DNA from: Takakia lepidozioides
Lineage: Eukaryota > Plantae > Bryophyta
Assembly: GCA_030704615.1 (NCBI GenBank)
Contig: CM060734.1
Location: 10,168,001 to 10,232,000 of the forward strand
Length of the DNA stretch: 64,000 nucleotides
Direction: 5' to 3'
Part shown: positions 22,651-36,870 of the stretch, one piece after another
Numbering within the stretch: position 1 is the stretch's first letter
Layout: each line of letters starts with the position of its first letter
Translations under genes and position numbers: made by a program
The notes under the pieces: generated by a model
The model's input: only the letters and a program-made list of their open reading frames with translations
What the model was told of the DNA's origin: nothing
The model's database searches: none

Positions 22651-25218
22651 CAACAATATCTGTCTTGATATCTCTCAAGTTGTACATTTCATGTTTATGA
22701 TCTCTGATGAAGATTTGGGACATAATTCAGCACTGCTAATACCCTACTAAGCTGTCTGCTTCATATTCTAATTCAAATCTTAGATAAGTATGGTTTTGGT
22801 CTTCTTTTGCAACTCACATGCAAACCCCTCTTTCTTGGGCAACTTGAAGGCTCTCAACCTATGTATGGTTCCAATGGTCTTGAGACTAACCTTCATCAAC
22901 ACTTGACTAGATGTTGGTACAAAGGAAGACCAAACTGTCTCTTCAGATGTTCATTTCTGCCTGTGTTCTGGTAGTGGCAAGTTATTTAGGCATTGTGGGA
23001 ATACTCCTAAGAAGAGCGTCAAATCACATTGTGTGGTTGTCCTGTGGTACACTACAGTAAAATTCCAGTATGTGCTGTCTCTACATCTAAGAGAGGATGT
23101 TGAGGGCTGCATAGTGGATGCAATGACTGTATCTTGGGAATCCAATTTACAGACAACAGCTGGCAATATTCTCTTGGTGAGAGGTGTAAGCAGCAGGGAG
23201 AGCCAGCACTACATGTGCTCAAGTATCCATAGACTCAAGTTCTATTACCTTTTGCCTGTCCCGGGGATGAAAAAGAGGTGTTGAAATGTGGCAGTTGCTC
23301 ATTTAGCAGGGTTGATGTTGGTATCCGGTCCCAATGATCTCTGTTCAGTGTCGATGAAGGCAAAGATGAGGTCAGCATTCTTCCAGTGGTGTTTGATATT
23401 CCTTCCTACCTGACTTTTTTTGTGAGTGGATCTTGGACAGCCAGATTTTTGGGTCTTGGTCTTCATTGTTAGTTTTGGTTCTCCTCAATTGCAAGGATTT
23501 CATGCAGAGAGGTGAGGATTTAATGGCAGTATTTGCTTCAGTGGTATGGACGATCTTTACAGTTGCAATCACAGGCACCTATCAGGATCTTGGTGCAGGT
23601 CTGTTTAGCTTTCAGATTTCAATCCTGTCACGGTGTCATGATCAGACATGCTGAAGTTCTCAGCTCCAGTGCTAGATGTTTCTAGAACCTTCAGGTGCCA
23701 TATACAAATTGTATTGAAATTGACAAGTGTGTTGTCTCTACCTCTCTTATCATGAACTCATAACTTTTGCAGCTGATAGATGTACCCCTTATCACCTCCT
23801 TGAAGATCTCTGAAACTCATCAACAGTAGGAAACCTTTCATCCAGCGCATTGTACTAGTTTAGTCGTGCAAATGCCTTGCACTCGCATCTTACCTTCACT
23901 AGAGTTCCAACCAATAGTACCTTTTGAGTAAACTTGGAGTTGCCTTGAGTGGGCAGCCCAGTGGTTGGGTGTTTATGCTCTTAATCAGGTGGTCCTGGGT
24001 TCTACTCTCAGTAAAGACACAACCGTCCATTGGCCCCTCGAGGGGCTGTGCATGGAGCTGCATGCTCTGTGTAAATTGTGGACATGAAACTTCCTTTCCT
24101 TTCCCAAGGGAAGTAAGGGTCTAGCCAGTTTGAAACCAGCAGATTAGTTACCAACATGGTCAACATATTCTGCGTAAACCTGAGGGACAACATTTCTAGA
24201 TGTTGACTCATGTGCAGTCTGAGCTTGTGAACGGGAGTTTCTGAGAGGATATTAGCATTTGGTTTTACCTATTTTTCATGCAAACAACAGAAAGGCGAGG
24301 TTCCATTGCTCAGCAGGAACTTTTTGATGTCCTTTTCAAAAAATTGTGTTTCTAACTGATGGCCTGGGGTTTAGCTACTATGATGGTAGTGGAAATGTAT
24401 ATTGATCAGGGGAAGGGAGATTGCTGCGCCCATCCTAGGTTCTGGGTGGGTTCATAGAAGTGTGGACTGTAGTCATTGAGCCACAAAAATGTTTACAGCT
24501 GTCTCTCTCATCAGGTTAGTAATACAGAAATTTCTCATAATTAGTTGAGCATATGACCAAGATCACATGATACTAGAAATTCAGGTTTGATACTCAGTGT
24601 GACAGACTTTCCATGAAGATGTTTTTTTGGGTGTAATGGACGTATAGAAGAAATGAACTTGATCAAGGTGTAGAATGATGAAGCTTGCTTCTTTGACAAC
24701 GGATCTTGGTGTATAATTAAACCCCAACATGCCAGTCTAACTGTAAAGGGGTTTGATGAACATGCCTCATGATAGTTTTCTAATTTCTCTGTGGTAACCA
24801 ACTTTTCTTTCCTTGCACTAGACCAGCATCCTCATCTTCACAACCCTCTCTGAGAGGAAGGATCGACCAAAAGCCCTCTACTTTCCAAGTAAGGGTTAAG
24901 AGTCTTCTGTAGCAAGAAAAAATTGTGTGAATGCTGAGATCCCCTTGCCAGGAGGTGTTCTCTCTCTAATTTGAAGTGTCCCTGTCTCCAGCTACAAATT
25001 TGGAACGATTGAAGTGCAAAAGCCCGATGTTTTGAGCCAAGGAACTAAATTTTTGTCATGTTACACATACTTCTACATTCCAACATTGCTCACACGAGGC
25101 AGGGAAAAACCCTGTTCATGGCAGCTTCAATGACTGCTCTAAAGCACCTTGTTGGCCTGGAGAAGTACTGTCTCCAAATCCTGAAGTGTTCTGTGTCCCA
25201 CAATACTTGAGACATTTT

Positions 25219-26567
25219 CTAATTGCTGAGGGAAGTGTTCTCTGAGAATGTATCATCATAAGTCCACATCTGGTCGTGGACATCCACTGATGGCTGACCT
25301 AGCACACCATCTAGACTTGGGAATTCATGTTGTAGAAAATCCGTTTGCCATCCCTCTTCCATTGAAGGGGAGAAGCTCTGGTTGGACCCTGACGTGCTAT
25401 CAGTATCATCATCAACATTTCGAGGCGGGTCTAAGGAATCCAAGTGCTCCAAGAAATTCTGAATATCACTGTGTTTACTGGGGTTCTCTCCCGTTTTCAG
25501 TTGGTGATTCTCATGCTTTTCTACCAACTCCACCTTGCCTAATGTTCTGGAGGCTGAAGAAATATTGTGATGGTATGCAACTTCCAAACCTCTGCTCATG
25601 CTGCTCCCGGGCTGGTACCTGCTCTCTTGAGGAGATTGAAGTAAACCTTTGGCTGCATATGATCCAGAAATTGAGGAGGCTGGATCTTCATTGTAAGCAA
25701 GATACTCTTCAACTTGCAGCTTACCAGCCAATGCTGCTGGTGCTGACCAATCATGTTTAATCATCATTTTGGAGTCTGAGCGAGAGAGAGAGGCAGTCCC
25801 TGCTACAACATGCTGGGCCCCAAAGTCATGATTTGCATTCAGAATCTGATTCTGACTGGCTTGATAAGGGCCTGGCTTGCTGCTGCCATTGAGAGTTGAC
25901 ATTTCCAGAGACATGAGGTCCAAGCCCATGAGCTGGGTATCTCCAATTTCCATGGAGGACCTTCCATGATCAAACAAGGTAGTACCACTAGACACACCAA
26001 ACGAGGCAGCTGCAATTTCGCTTGCTGATGAGAGGGGAAAGAAAGTAGCACCTGGAAAATTATTCAATGGGTTGTAAGCAGGTATTGCTTCAACGACAGG
26101 AAGATTGATTGGTGCATCGCCGGACACTGAAGGCTGAGCAGAAGTATCGCAACTCCTCGGACTGTGGGGCAACTCAGGACGAGTAGTGGGTTTCCAGTCA
26201 GGCAGATTGATGTGTGCGTGCTCTCCATAAAGCTTGCGAGCAGCAACATCGTAGGCCAACGCAGCGTCCTCCGCAGTAGCAAAAGATCCCAGCCATAATC
26301 GGGTACGCTTCTTAGGCTCTCTGATTTCAGCTACCCACTTTCCCCAGGTTCTCTGACGCACTCCCCGGAACTCGCAAGTAGCATTCTGAGGGCCCCCTTT
26401 CCCTCTCATCGACCCTTTCTTCCATCCTCTGCCCGGTTTCCTTGGGCTTTTCTCTATCACCTTCGTGGGACTTGAGCGGTCGTCTTGGTTTGGTATTTGC
26501 ATCGTCGGTTGTATTTGTGCGTGTTTGTCACTCTCACTCTCTTTCTGCGCTGTCCTCTTCAATTCAC
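25219..26567 (-). CDS. DREB2-type (group A-2) AP2/ERF transcription factor, main exon; first exon or start not resolved
   Basis: [13 protein letters not shown] motif followed by AP2 domain [45 protein letters not shown]; acidic C-terminus. Probable acceptor TGTGCAG| at 26568. Confidence 0.9.
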
Positions 26568-29369
26568 CTGCACAATCTGACTGAGCACGCGATGAATCTG
26601 TCCCGATTGCTATGAGTGAGAACGAGAATCAATCCCCCGGCTCAATTGTCACCTTCAATTCCCTTCCACAGAGAGTGTAAGTGATTTTTTGGCGGAACTG
26701 CCACTCAAAGGCCCTGTTTGCCCGGTCTATGTCACAACAACTCTGTTCCAAGAACATCTTCTGGTGAAGTTCCCTTCCAATTGACCTTTCTCTCTGCGAT
26801 TGTCCAACGTATTGTGAGGCACCGAAAACTAACTTGGGGACATATTTTCTCACAACCCAGGAGCTTCCCAGCTCTTGCTGCAAACTACGAGCTGTAAGAC
26901 CTGGTGAACTCGAAAACAATTGAGCTGCCACAGAGAGCGGGGCACTAAGAGCAGGGTCCTGATATCTCAGTAACTGGAGATCGTCGGCCGCCATGATTCA
27001 GGCGAACAATTCTGTACATGTGCCCCTGATGACAGTGGAGGCGAGAAGAGGCAGTTTCGTGGGTCCCCCACAGTTTACCTTTATTCACCTCACCATTAAG
27101 GCAATACAGAAGCTGCCTGGAACGCCACGGACATCCTAACAATGTCTATCACCGTCCTGTTATCTTTTCTTGTTAAAAGCAGCTGCTCCAATCAGTGAAA
27201 ACAAAGAGCGGCCGCCATGTGAAAACGCTAGAGCACACGCAGCTTCTGAGCTTCACTGGATTCTTCCAGAATCCGAATGCAGGGACCCACATGCAAACTA
27301 CAGTACCGCTGTGAAAGATGCAAAAGTTACGACTGCCAACCCTGGTTCCAGGAAGGATGCCGCAATCTGGCTGCTTGGTTAGAGCTCCACGTTTGTATTA
27401 GGTGGCTGCTTGTATCTAGTCTTAGCAACTTCACTATTTGAAAGATCTACAAGCCATCGCCGCCTAGCCATCCATGAATTCGCCAGCTTTGACGGCTGTA
27501 ATTTCCAATCCATGCTAAACATGGGACGAATGGGATCTATGATGTGACTTTCCTACCAGGAAAAATGTTGTGTTCCGTTGTTTGGGGTTGAAGCAAGTAA
27601 GCTTGGCTACAGTGGGGCTGGCTTTTGGAGTCGTGAAAAGTCCTTCCGTTGGATTTGGAGTCTTGCAGGAGACAGAAACGTGGGATTTGGGAAAAGAAAA
27701 ACAATTAATGAGGAAACTCAAGTGTGGGTTTCGCAGTTCGCAGTGCACCGCGGCTAGAGCAAAATGATACAAATAAGGTAGGGCCCTGAGGAGAGTTAGT
27801 AAATCAAACACCCCTGTTGGAAAACCCCATGGGCCTTGATGTGGTACAGCGGTTGCTATTGACCAGTTGACTAATTGTGGTAAAAGTTGAGGCGGTTAAT
27901 AAGAGTTGCGAGGAAAGTACAAGGTTGGCAGAGACGTAAAGACAGCGGTTGTGGTCTGCAGTCTGCACCACAAATGCTGCCAAGCTGGAACAACAGCTAC
28001 AAGTTAACAAGCGTCTAGAAGACGCCCAAGTAGATCGAGCAGATCCCTCTAAGCTTATCTTCCCTCACGAGCCTTCTTCTCGCACTACTGTCACCTTCTA
28101 CCTGTTGCTCTCCGTCATATCCCCCCTACAACTACAAGTAACCCGTCCACTGTGTTTTTAGGCAGTTCTCTACCTACCGACACTCACCCTCAGATGGTGC
28201 AATGTCCAACAACAAAGTGGGTCTCAAATTTGGAAAAAAATGCATGTTGGATTGAGCGCTTACGAAGGTGAATGATACCACTATGTAGCTTCGCTGTAAG
28301 TTTTTTTTGGTAAAAAAAACAGAAAAGGATTTCACTTGTGTTGCGATTATTTTCGTTCACCCATTTTTCGCTGGAAGTCAACTCATCATGGTCATCTGCT
28401 CAAAACATGTCCCCCAAGATTTATCAGGTTAATGTCAATGCGGCCTTCCAAAATCACCCAAACATGATCGTTACAGACAGAAAGATCTCTGAGAAGTACC
28501 TCCCTGGCCCCACACGAGACTCACTGACACATAGTTTTCTCTCTCACATTCCACTGACGCTATGGCCCAGTTTGAAAGTTGAATACCGGAATTTGAATCC
28601 CGCTTTACTCATCTCTCCAATCTTTCTGCCTGTCCCAAATAACTAGTCCAACGTTTCTATTTGATCTCCTCATGAGGTCAAACTTGCTTTTGTCTGATCC
28701 CAGTGACGTGAATGAGATGTGTGCACTGTGATTGCGCACACAACCAACCACAAATCCAAATCGAACTTTTGGCCAGAGATTTTGTGTAACGTGCCTCACT
28801 CACACCCAACTGGTCCCACTACAATCTCTCTCGGGGTCCCACAGAGTGACAGAGATGTAGACAATCGACGTTGGAATGACGATGAGGGCTCCTGTCGTGC
28901 TTTACTGTTCATAGCAGCCATAAGTAGATCGGGGCCAAGAGGGAGGAGAGGAGAATTTTGCCATTTTGGAAGGCATTTGGCTTTCCCATTCAAAGGTCCA
29001 AAGGCTCATCCCATATGGATAGTGAGATCTACTTTCCATAATTCAACAATACTTCATTCGTGAGCTTATACTTGGAGTACTGCCTTCTGGTTAAACGGGA
29101 GGTCTTCTATTTTTTCCTCCAAATAATCCCAAATCAAGTTAAACAGGGACACCGGCCCTTTTCCTCTTTAAAAAAAGAAAAACCATAATCCATCATAAAG
29201 TGTTTTTTGGTGCCATTTTCACTGCACAAGCATGCCTGATTTCCCAAGAAAAAATATGTATGTTGCAAAAACCCTTTGCACTATATCCAACCGGTGGATC
29301 GAACCCACAACCACTTCCGAGGTGGTATTTGTCCATTACCACAGGTTACAACTGGGTTGTCCCAAGTCA

Positions 29370-30450
29370 CCATAACTAGGGTAGGCTGTGCCGTTGGCCC
29401 AAGTGTCCAGTGATTTAAGTGTAATCCCCTATGTATCAGTGAGTCTCCTATGTCGAGGCCCATGTGTGAAGAATTGAAATCTAAGACCAAGTGCAATTTC
29501 CTATGTATCCAAGTGCGTCTCCTATGTTAAGGCCCATATAAACCCAAGTGTAATCTCCTATGTATCCAAATGTTTCTCCCACGTAGAGGCCCAAGTGCAA
29601 CCTCTAGTGTCTAGTGACATCTAAGTCCAAGTGTCAAGGACGAGAACATGACTGAACACAAACAAGAGATAAAACTAGAGGTACAATGCTAGACAAGAAG
29701 TCAAGGTCGGCGTGGCCGAATGCACGATAAGTAAATATGAATCAAGACGATCTTTATAACAATGAACAAGAGTACAAGATATTGGAACACGACTTGAATA
29801 CTGGAATGCTGGAAACTGGACTGGAGTACCAGATACTGGAAACTGGGCTAGAGTATTGGGAATTGGACTGGAGTACTGGAAACTGGAAACAAAAGTAGCT
29901 TGAACTGGTGTTGGCGAGACTGAAGAGTGTCCAGTCTCGCCTCCTATATATATTGGCTACTAAGAAGCTTCCCCAAAAAGCTGCCCCTATGGAGGTTTCT
30001 TGCTGGAGAAGTTTCCAAGATTAAACAAAGGTTTCTTGATGGAAAAGCTTCCTTAAACAAATGAGGTATCTTGATGGAGAAGTTTTCTCCAAAGGAAGCT
30101 TCCTGAGTAGTTTCCCAAGTTACTCTTGGTAATTTGGTAAACTCTCGGTAACTTGGTAAGTAATGATAAATCATGGTAGATCATGGTAAATCACGGTAAG
30201 TCATGGTAATTTTTGGTAACATGGTAACTTGATAACTTCTGGTATTTACTCCTGGTAAGTTCTTCTGGGCTATGTCCGTGACACCAAGTGCAGAGACCCT
30301 CCTGTTTGGGAGATGTAGGCCTAGGGTAGCATGTGCCGTTGGCCCAAGTGTCTAGTGTCATCTAAGTCCAAGTACAATCCCCTATATATCCAGAGACCCT
30401 TATGTTTGGAGATCCAGGCCTAGGGTAGCCTATGCCATCGGCCTATGTGT
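29370..30450. repeat. Degenerate tandem repeat (CCAAGTG..CTCCTATG..GGCCC units) interrupted by a solo LTR
   Basis: Recurrent ggcccaagtgtc/ctcctatgt/atccaag motifs on both sides of 29632-30283. Confidence 0.6.
29632..30283 (-). mobile_element. Solo LTR (652 bp) with 5-bp TSD CCAAG
   Basis: TGTCAAGGAC...GTCCGTGACA termini; CCAAG at 29627-29631 and 30284-30288; internal TATA run and short tandem repeats. Strand is tentative. Confidence 0.85.
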
Positions 30451-30463
30451 GAAGAATTGAAAC

Positions 30464-33400
30464 TTGGTGTATTCGAAAACAAAGGAAGACCACCTAGAGC
30501 ACCTCAAAATGGTGTTCCAGAAATTGCGGGAAGGGAAGCTATATACCAAAGCTTCAAAGTGCGAATTCAGGGTCACAAAAGTGGAGTTCCTAAGGCATGT
30601 GATTACACAAAATGGGATCAAAATGAAAGACAGAAATGTGAAGGTGATCTTAGACTGGGAACCTCCGATTTCGGTCCCGGGAATGCGATCCTTTCTGGGA
30701 CTCGCCTCCTACTACCGAAAGTATGTGAGAAATTTCGCCAGGATTGCGGGGCCGTTGTTTGACCTCTTGTGTAAATCCAAGGTATGGGTGTGGAACACCT
30801 TCTGTGGCCAAGCTTTTGCCGAATTGAAGCAGCAGATGATGGAAGCCCCAATTTTGAAGATCCCGGAGTTCGACCGTCCGTTTGAGATTCACACAGATGC
30901 GTCGGACTTCGCGATTGGGGGTGTGCTAATGCAAGAGGGGCGTCCAATGGCTTACGAAAATAAGAAACTGAACGAAGTGGAGTGACGGTGGCCTACGCAT
31001 GAAAAGTAAATGAAAGCGGTGGTGCACTACCTTAAGCTTTGGCGCCACTATGTTGGTTCCAACCCCGTGAAGGTGTTCACGGACAAAGTCACGGTGAAGT
31101 ATTTTGCCACACAGCCTAAGTTGTCCCCAAAACAAATTAGGTGGCAAGACACTTTGGCATTGTTTGATGTGGATATTCAGTACAAGCCGGGACGGGACAA
31201 TTGATGTGGTGGCCGATGCTCTAAGTAGAAAACAACAGCTCATGTTGGTGTACAGAGGCGAGACGGAGCTGTAGAGGAAGATCCGGAAGGCTTATTGGAA
31301 GGATGAGTTGGCTATCGTGCACCTAAGCATCGTGCCACAACATACATCACTGTCTACTACACATTCTAAGCACACAATCCTAGAAAGCTATGCCACAATG
31401 ATAATGGAAGTGAACACAATGGAAACACTCCATTCATGAATCCACTCAATCACATAAACTAAGTCAAGCCAATGGCACCCTTGCTAAGGGAATCCACTCT
31501 ACAAAGCCCTCAACACACTCCCTCTCAATACCTAGAGCTATGGAGGTGTGAGAGGCTCATGGAGGCTCAACTACAAGAAGATGAGCCCTACTCAACCCTC
31601 ACAAGAGGAAAACCCATCCCTATGTCCCAAGTGAGGCTTGACACCTCACTTGGCATGTGAGACCAAATGAAGTTCCAACACACAAAATACAAATATAAAT
31701 ATCCTAAATATCCTAATTAACTATAAGTAGGTAATTCTAGTTAACCATCACTAAAACCATGACAGCTGTCGTGCACCTAAGCATCGTGCCACAACATACA
31801 TCGTTGTCTATCATACATCCTAAACACACAATCCTAGAAAGCTATGCCACAATCGCCCCCCTAGCTGGTGATTAGGTCCCTCTAACACCGGATAATTGAC
31901 AAGTATCCATCGTTTGGTCTTCAATCGCACATGTCCCAATTTTCTAAAGTCTATGGATCAAGAGGCCGGGTGGAAAGAGAGCTCTGTCGTTAGTCGCCTG
32001 CCTGCAATCCATGATCTTCAATTAAGTATCCATGGCATTGAGCTATCATCAGCTAGACCTTGGATCACTTGCCAACCTAACCATTGTCATACATGCCAGC
32101 AAAATCAAAACGAATACAAAAAACAAGCGGGGCTGTTACAACCTTTGCCGATTCCAGAGAAGTCTTGGGAAAGTGTCTCGATGGATTTCATGACTGCTTT
32201 GCCGCTGTCGAAAGGATTCGATGCAATCATGGTGGTGGTGGATAGGTTCAGTAAAATGGGCCATTTCATCCCCACCAAAGAGACGGCAACGACACATGAG
32301 ATGGGACGACTTTACTTCGCCCACGTCTTCAAGCATCATGGACTCCCGAAGGATATTGTCTCGGACCGCGATCCAAAGTTTACAAGTAAATTTTGGAGGG
32401 CACTTTGGAAGAAGATGGGGACGAGGCTCAAGATGAGCACGGCCTTCCGACCTACAACGGACGGCCAAACGGAAAGAGTGAACTCCGTGGTGAAGCAGAT
32501 CTTGCGGAGTTATGTGTCGGCAGACCAGTTGGACTGGGTGGAGCACTTGGATGCGGCAGAGTTCTGTTATAATAACACAGAACACTCTGCAATGGGAGCT
32601 TCCCCTTTCGTATTGGTCTATGGAAAAGCACCTCTGGTCTTGTCGGGCCGCCCAGGACGGTGAGGAGCCGGCAGCAGCAGCAGTGTTGGAAGAACGCGAG
32701 CGTTTGTTGGAGCTCGCAAAGTACAACATTGCCAAAGCTAGGAAACGTTACGAGCGACAGGCAAATCAAAAGCGGAGGGAAGTTAAGTTTGAGGCAGGCA
32801 CGGAGGTCTGATTGAACATCAAGAATTTTCGACTACCTCCAGAAGTGAGTCCAAAGTTCGTACCTCCGTATGCGGGGCCTTTTCGCATCCGGAAGGTTAT
32901 GAATGAGGATTTTATGAGTTGGAGCTGCCGGTAAACAACAAGATGCATCCGGTATTCCACGTTTCCCTTTTGAAGCCTTACTTCAAAGATGAAGCGCGTC
33001 CGAATCGGCATCAAGTGTTGCGTCCGCCACCTGTGCTGTTGGATCACGAAAATGAACTTGGGTACGAGGTGGAGGCAGTGCTTAAGTTGAGGAGGTGCAA
33101 GAATCGAGAAACGGAGTATCTCATGAAATGGAAGGGCTATCATCAAGTGGAGGCAACTTGGGTGCGTGCCTCAGAAATGGGAAACGCATTCGAGGCGGTT
33201 GCAGCTTTTGAAGGGCGGCCTCAAAAGCGGAGAAGCGTTGATGGGGACATCAACCTTAGATCGTGGGGGAGGAAATGCATGCTTAGTCCGGCTTAGCTAG
33301 CTCAGGAATCCGATTGCAAAAACTTGTGTTGTACAAATTTTGTTTATAAATGAAATGGTTTCCAAATGTTGTGCTTCCTATTTTGTTTGGAATGGTGATG

Positions 33401-34842
33401 CATGGTATGGTTGGCTAGTGTGTAGAATGCATGCTAGCTTACAAAAAGTGGGAGAGGTAAATTGGATTAATCATGTGTTTGCACAGCGCCGAAATGGGGT
33501 GACTCCCATCCAAGGGGCAAGGAAACTTGACTTCTTTGGGAGTTCACTATAACTGCGCTACCGAGGGGGTTGCCTTGTAGTGCGGGCTAACGCGGAAGCT
33601 ACGTGCTTCTATTCATGTACTATAATCGTGTAGCCTTGGGACGAAGTCGTAGTGCGGCTTCGGCGTGTTCCCGTACCTCAGGCCAACATTCCAAGGCGGA
33701 CCCAATTGTAGTGATTGGGGCACACGGTTGGTTCAAGGTTATCTTCCTAGTAAAAAAGGGTTCAAGGTGAACCCTTGCTCAAGGTGATGCCAAGAAGCGG
33801 CATCATGGGCAGTCGCAAGCAATGTTGTTGCAGTAAGGCGATTCAATCATCAGGGAGGATCGTTCCTTGGCTGGAAAGAGGCCAAGAAGAGTGCACTGGG
33901 TGGAGCTTGAGAGGCTCCACCCTTGGCCGGGACTTGGAGGAAGTCGGCCGAATAGTAGCTAGTGGAGAGTAGAGTCAAGTGGGGGTTTGATTCTTTGCCA
34001 TGGGACTCCATGGTACGGAAACAAACTCCTTGATGTGGGACGCCACAACTTGGATGTTAGTTTCCACAAAAAAGGACAAGTCGATGAGGACATCGACTCC
34101 TCGTTGGTAGGGGAGTGTGTCGTGGTCCTTTGCCTTCAGGGCGGGGGGTCAGGACACAAGAGGGGCTGCCCCTGTGGTGGGGACAGTGGCAGTGAATAGG
34201 ACAGGGGGCTGAAGCACCCTTGAGTGCCGAAGGCACTCAAGGAGGCGGAGGCGCTCACTAGGTGGAGCCCCGCAAACCGGGTTGCGGTGGTGGGGGCTCC
34301 ACGAGGGGTGGTGGTAGCGTAGGGAGTCGTAGTGGGGGTGGCATAGGACTCACCATGAGGCTGAGGCCTTATGGTGGGAGTCGTGGAGAGTCTTGGGACT
34401 CACTGCGGTCCATTGGGGCCATGGTGGGTGGGCCAAGACTCACCGCGACTCACCACGGAAGGTTGAGGGTCTAGGTGGTGTTGCACCAGATTTGGACTTG
34501 GCTAGTTTTGGAACCCCCGCGGACACCTACAGAAGTATATATAGGGAGTAGTAACCCCGAGAACGGTGCAAGCCCATTGGTGACCAAAAACTAGTGAGTA
34601 AGCGTGCAAGCCGGAAAGCGACCAAGATGTGGGGAGCTGTTCCGGACTGTCATCCACCAAAGGGAATTTCCACTGAGCCCAATAGGTCGAGGGTCGAGTG
34701 AAAGTGTGAGGGGGACCGGTATGCCTCGGTGAGCAGCCGAAGCTCCAAGTTGGCCCGGCGGCCAGTTTGGGAGTTAGGCGCGCACATCAAAAGCGAGTAA
34801 CTATAACTTGAAGGAGAGTGTACCGAAGTGAGGTGCGCGACA
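30464..34842 (+). mobile_element. 5'-truncated chromovirus (Ty3/Gypsy): RT C-terminus, RH, IN, chromodomain, 3' LTR about 33276-34842
   Basis: FLGLASYYRK, HTDASDFAIG, SMDFMTALP, SDRDPKF, DGQTERVN; chromodomain YEVEAVL..EYLMKWKGY..ATW (about 33062-33190); PPT GGGGGAGGAAA; LTR ends GCGCGACA. Several stops. Confidence 0.9.
31313..32083 (-). mobile_element. 3' end of a diverged split-repeat element (PPT-B1-gc-A2-B2) nested in the chromovirus
   Basis: 85-bp direct repeats at 31313-31397 and 31767-31851, GACAGCTGTC at 31761-31770, same PPT context, and 3' UTR patches shared with copies 1 and 2 (GATCAAGAGGCCGGGTG, TCGTTAGTCGCC). Confidence 0.88.
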
Positions 34843-36870
34843 ACAAGAGACACCTTCAGATGACAAACTACTATTAACGGTTTGTCAAGGGATTTAATAG
34901 CATTGCAAGGCTCTTACCAAGTTGACCGAGGTGGGTTAACCAGGAGTGACAGTGGGAGGACAAGCAGGAGGAAGCCTTTGGGGAACTCAAGGCTCGATTG
35001 ACTTTTGCACCTATTTTGAGGCGGCCTATTCGAGGGCGGCCTTTCCAGCTACAGACAGATTGGAGTATGCTCGGGATTGGAGCAGTGCTCACATAGGTGG
35101 ATGATGAGGGAAGAGAGTTCGTAGTGGCATATGCTAGCCGCTCGAACAATGATGCTGAAACGAAGTATAGTTCATATGAATGGGAGTGTCTAGCTGCAGT
35201 ATGGGCAGTGACACATTTTAGATGCTACCTCTATGGCATCTCTTCACTCTTGTCACGGATCAACCATTAAAGTGGTTGATGGAGTCAGACAAGCTTACAG
35301 GGAAGCTTGCACGGTGGGCAGTTATGCTTCAAGAGTACAACTTCCAGGTGGTGCATCGAGCCAGTATAGTCAACCGGGATGCGGATGGATTGAGTCGCAA
35401 TCCATGCACAAGTGAGCTTGATGATAGATGAGCTTGTTGGCATGGTGAACGGACGAGGAGATGGTGCCAGGATGGCACGCATCTGCATTTTTGTGCATTC
35501 TAGCAATGGGAGCTCAAGCTGGTCCATCCCATATGATTGGTCATGGAGATAGTGTGCATGACAATTCAGAGATCAGTGAGGAGCTTTGTGGTGCTAAGGA
35601 TGTGCATGAAGATGCAGAAGTGTTGGCCTACCTTCGTACCGGAGAGACAGCAGCTAATGTGACTGCCAAGGAGAGAGATCGGATCCTATAACGAGCCAAG
35701 ATGTTCAAGTGGGATGGGACTCACCTACTCCGTATATGGGAGGATGGACAAGTGATGATTGTGCCTCATCGAACACAACGAGCGCGATTGGTACGCCATG
35801 CCCATGAGGAGTTGGGACATTGTGGGGTGCGGCGCACTCATAGTTTGCTGCAAGGGCAGTATTGGTGGTGGGGCATGCATACAGATGTGCAATAGTTAGT
35901 GGCAAGGTGCATGGTGTGTGATAGGGTGCGTGCTTCCTTCAATGCACCTACTCCACAACTGCATCATTTACCCATTATGGGATTGGGTTATCGGTGGAGT
36001 CTTGACTTCGTAGGCCCATTACCACTAACGATGCGCCACAATAAGTACGTGTTGGTGATGGTGGAACACTTCTCCAAATGGATTGAACTGGTGGAATTGT
36101 CTGACAAGGCAAGTGAGGGTGCTGTATATGCATCCAATTTGGTGCTCCAGCCGAGGTACTCACAGACCAGGGGAGAGAGTTCTTGGGGGATTTTTTAGGC
36201 TTTGAGTGAGCAAGCCTTGATAGATCACCGCACTACTTCTCGGGATCATACCGAGGCTGATGGCTTGGCGGAGAGAGTTGTTCAAACAGTCAAGAGGGGT
36301 TTGCGCAAGTATGGCTTACAGAAGGGACATATAGGAAATTGGAATCTTCAGCTGCCTTGGCTAGCTATGGGCTATAGGTTATGCCTATGGCTTTTGATAA
36401 CCTTGCTATTGCCCAACACCGAGACACATTGAGGTACACCACTATAAGTGGAGGGGGATATTGGCCAGGTGTTCGGCGTTGCCACCTTGGGGACTATGTG
36501 TATCTGCGCAGACAGCGCCTACGACCTTGGATGTCACAGCAGGACGTGTGATTCTAAGGGTCAGAGAGGTGTTACCTTCAGGAGTGTTGATTCTGGAGGG
36601 TCGAGATGGCATGGTATGGAAGGATCATGTGCGCAATTGTGCGCCATGTCACCTCCTACATGTGGATGGGAGGATAGATCCCAACCTTGCAGTGGTACCT
36701 GCAGGGTTGCATTGCATGCTATGTGGGCATGCTGGTGGTGCCGCAACCATGTTGGTGTGTGACAAATGCTCAAGGGGGTGGCATATGGGATGTTTAACAC
36801 CGCCACTTGAGGAGGTTCCTAGCGGAGAATGGTTGTGTTCACGATGCCTTGGACAGAGGTATTGGACATG
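34843..36870 (+). mobile_element. Decayed RT(end)-RH-IN-PHD remnant of the DNMT/PHD Gypsy family
   Basis: Peptides closely match copy 1 ([55 protein letters not shown]), with many stops and deletions. Confidence 0.9.
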
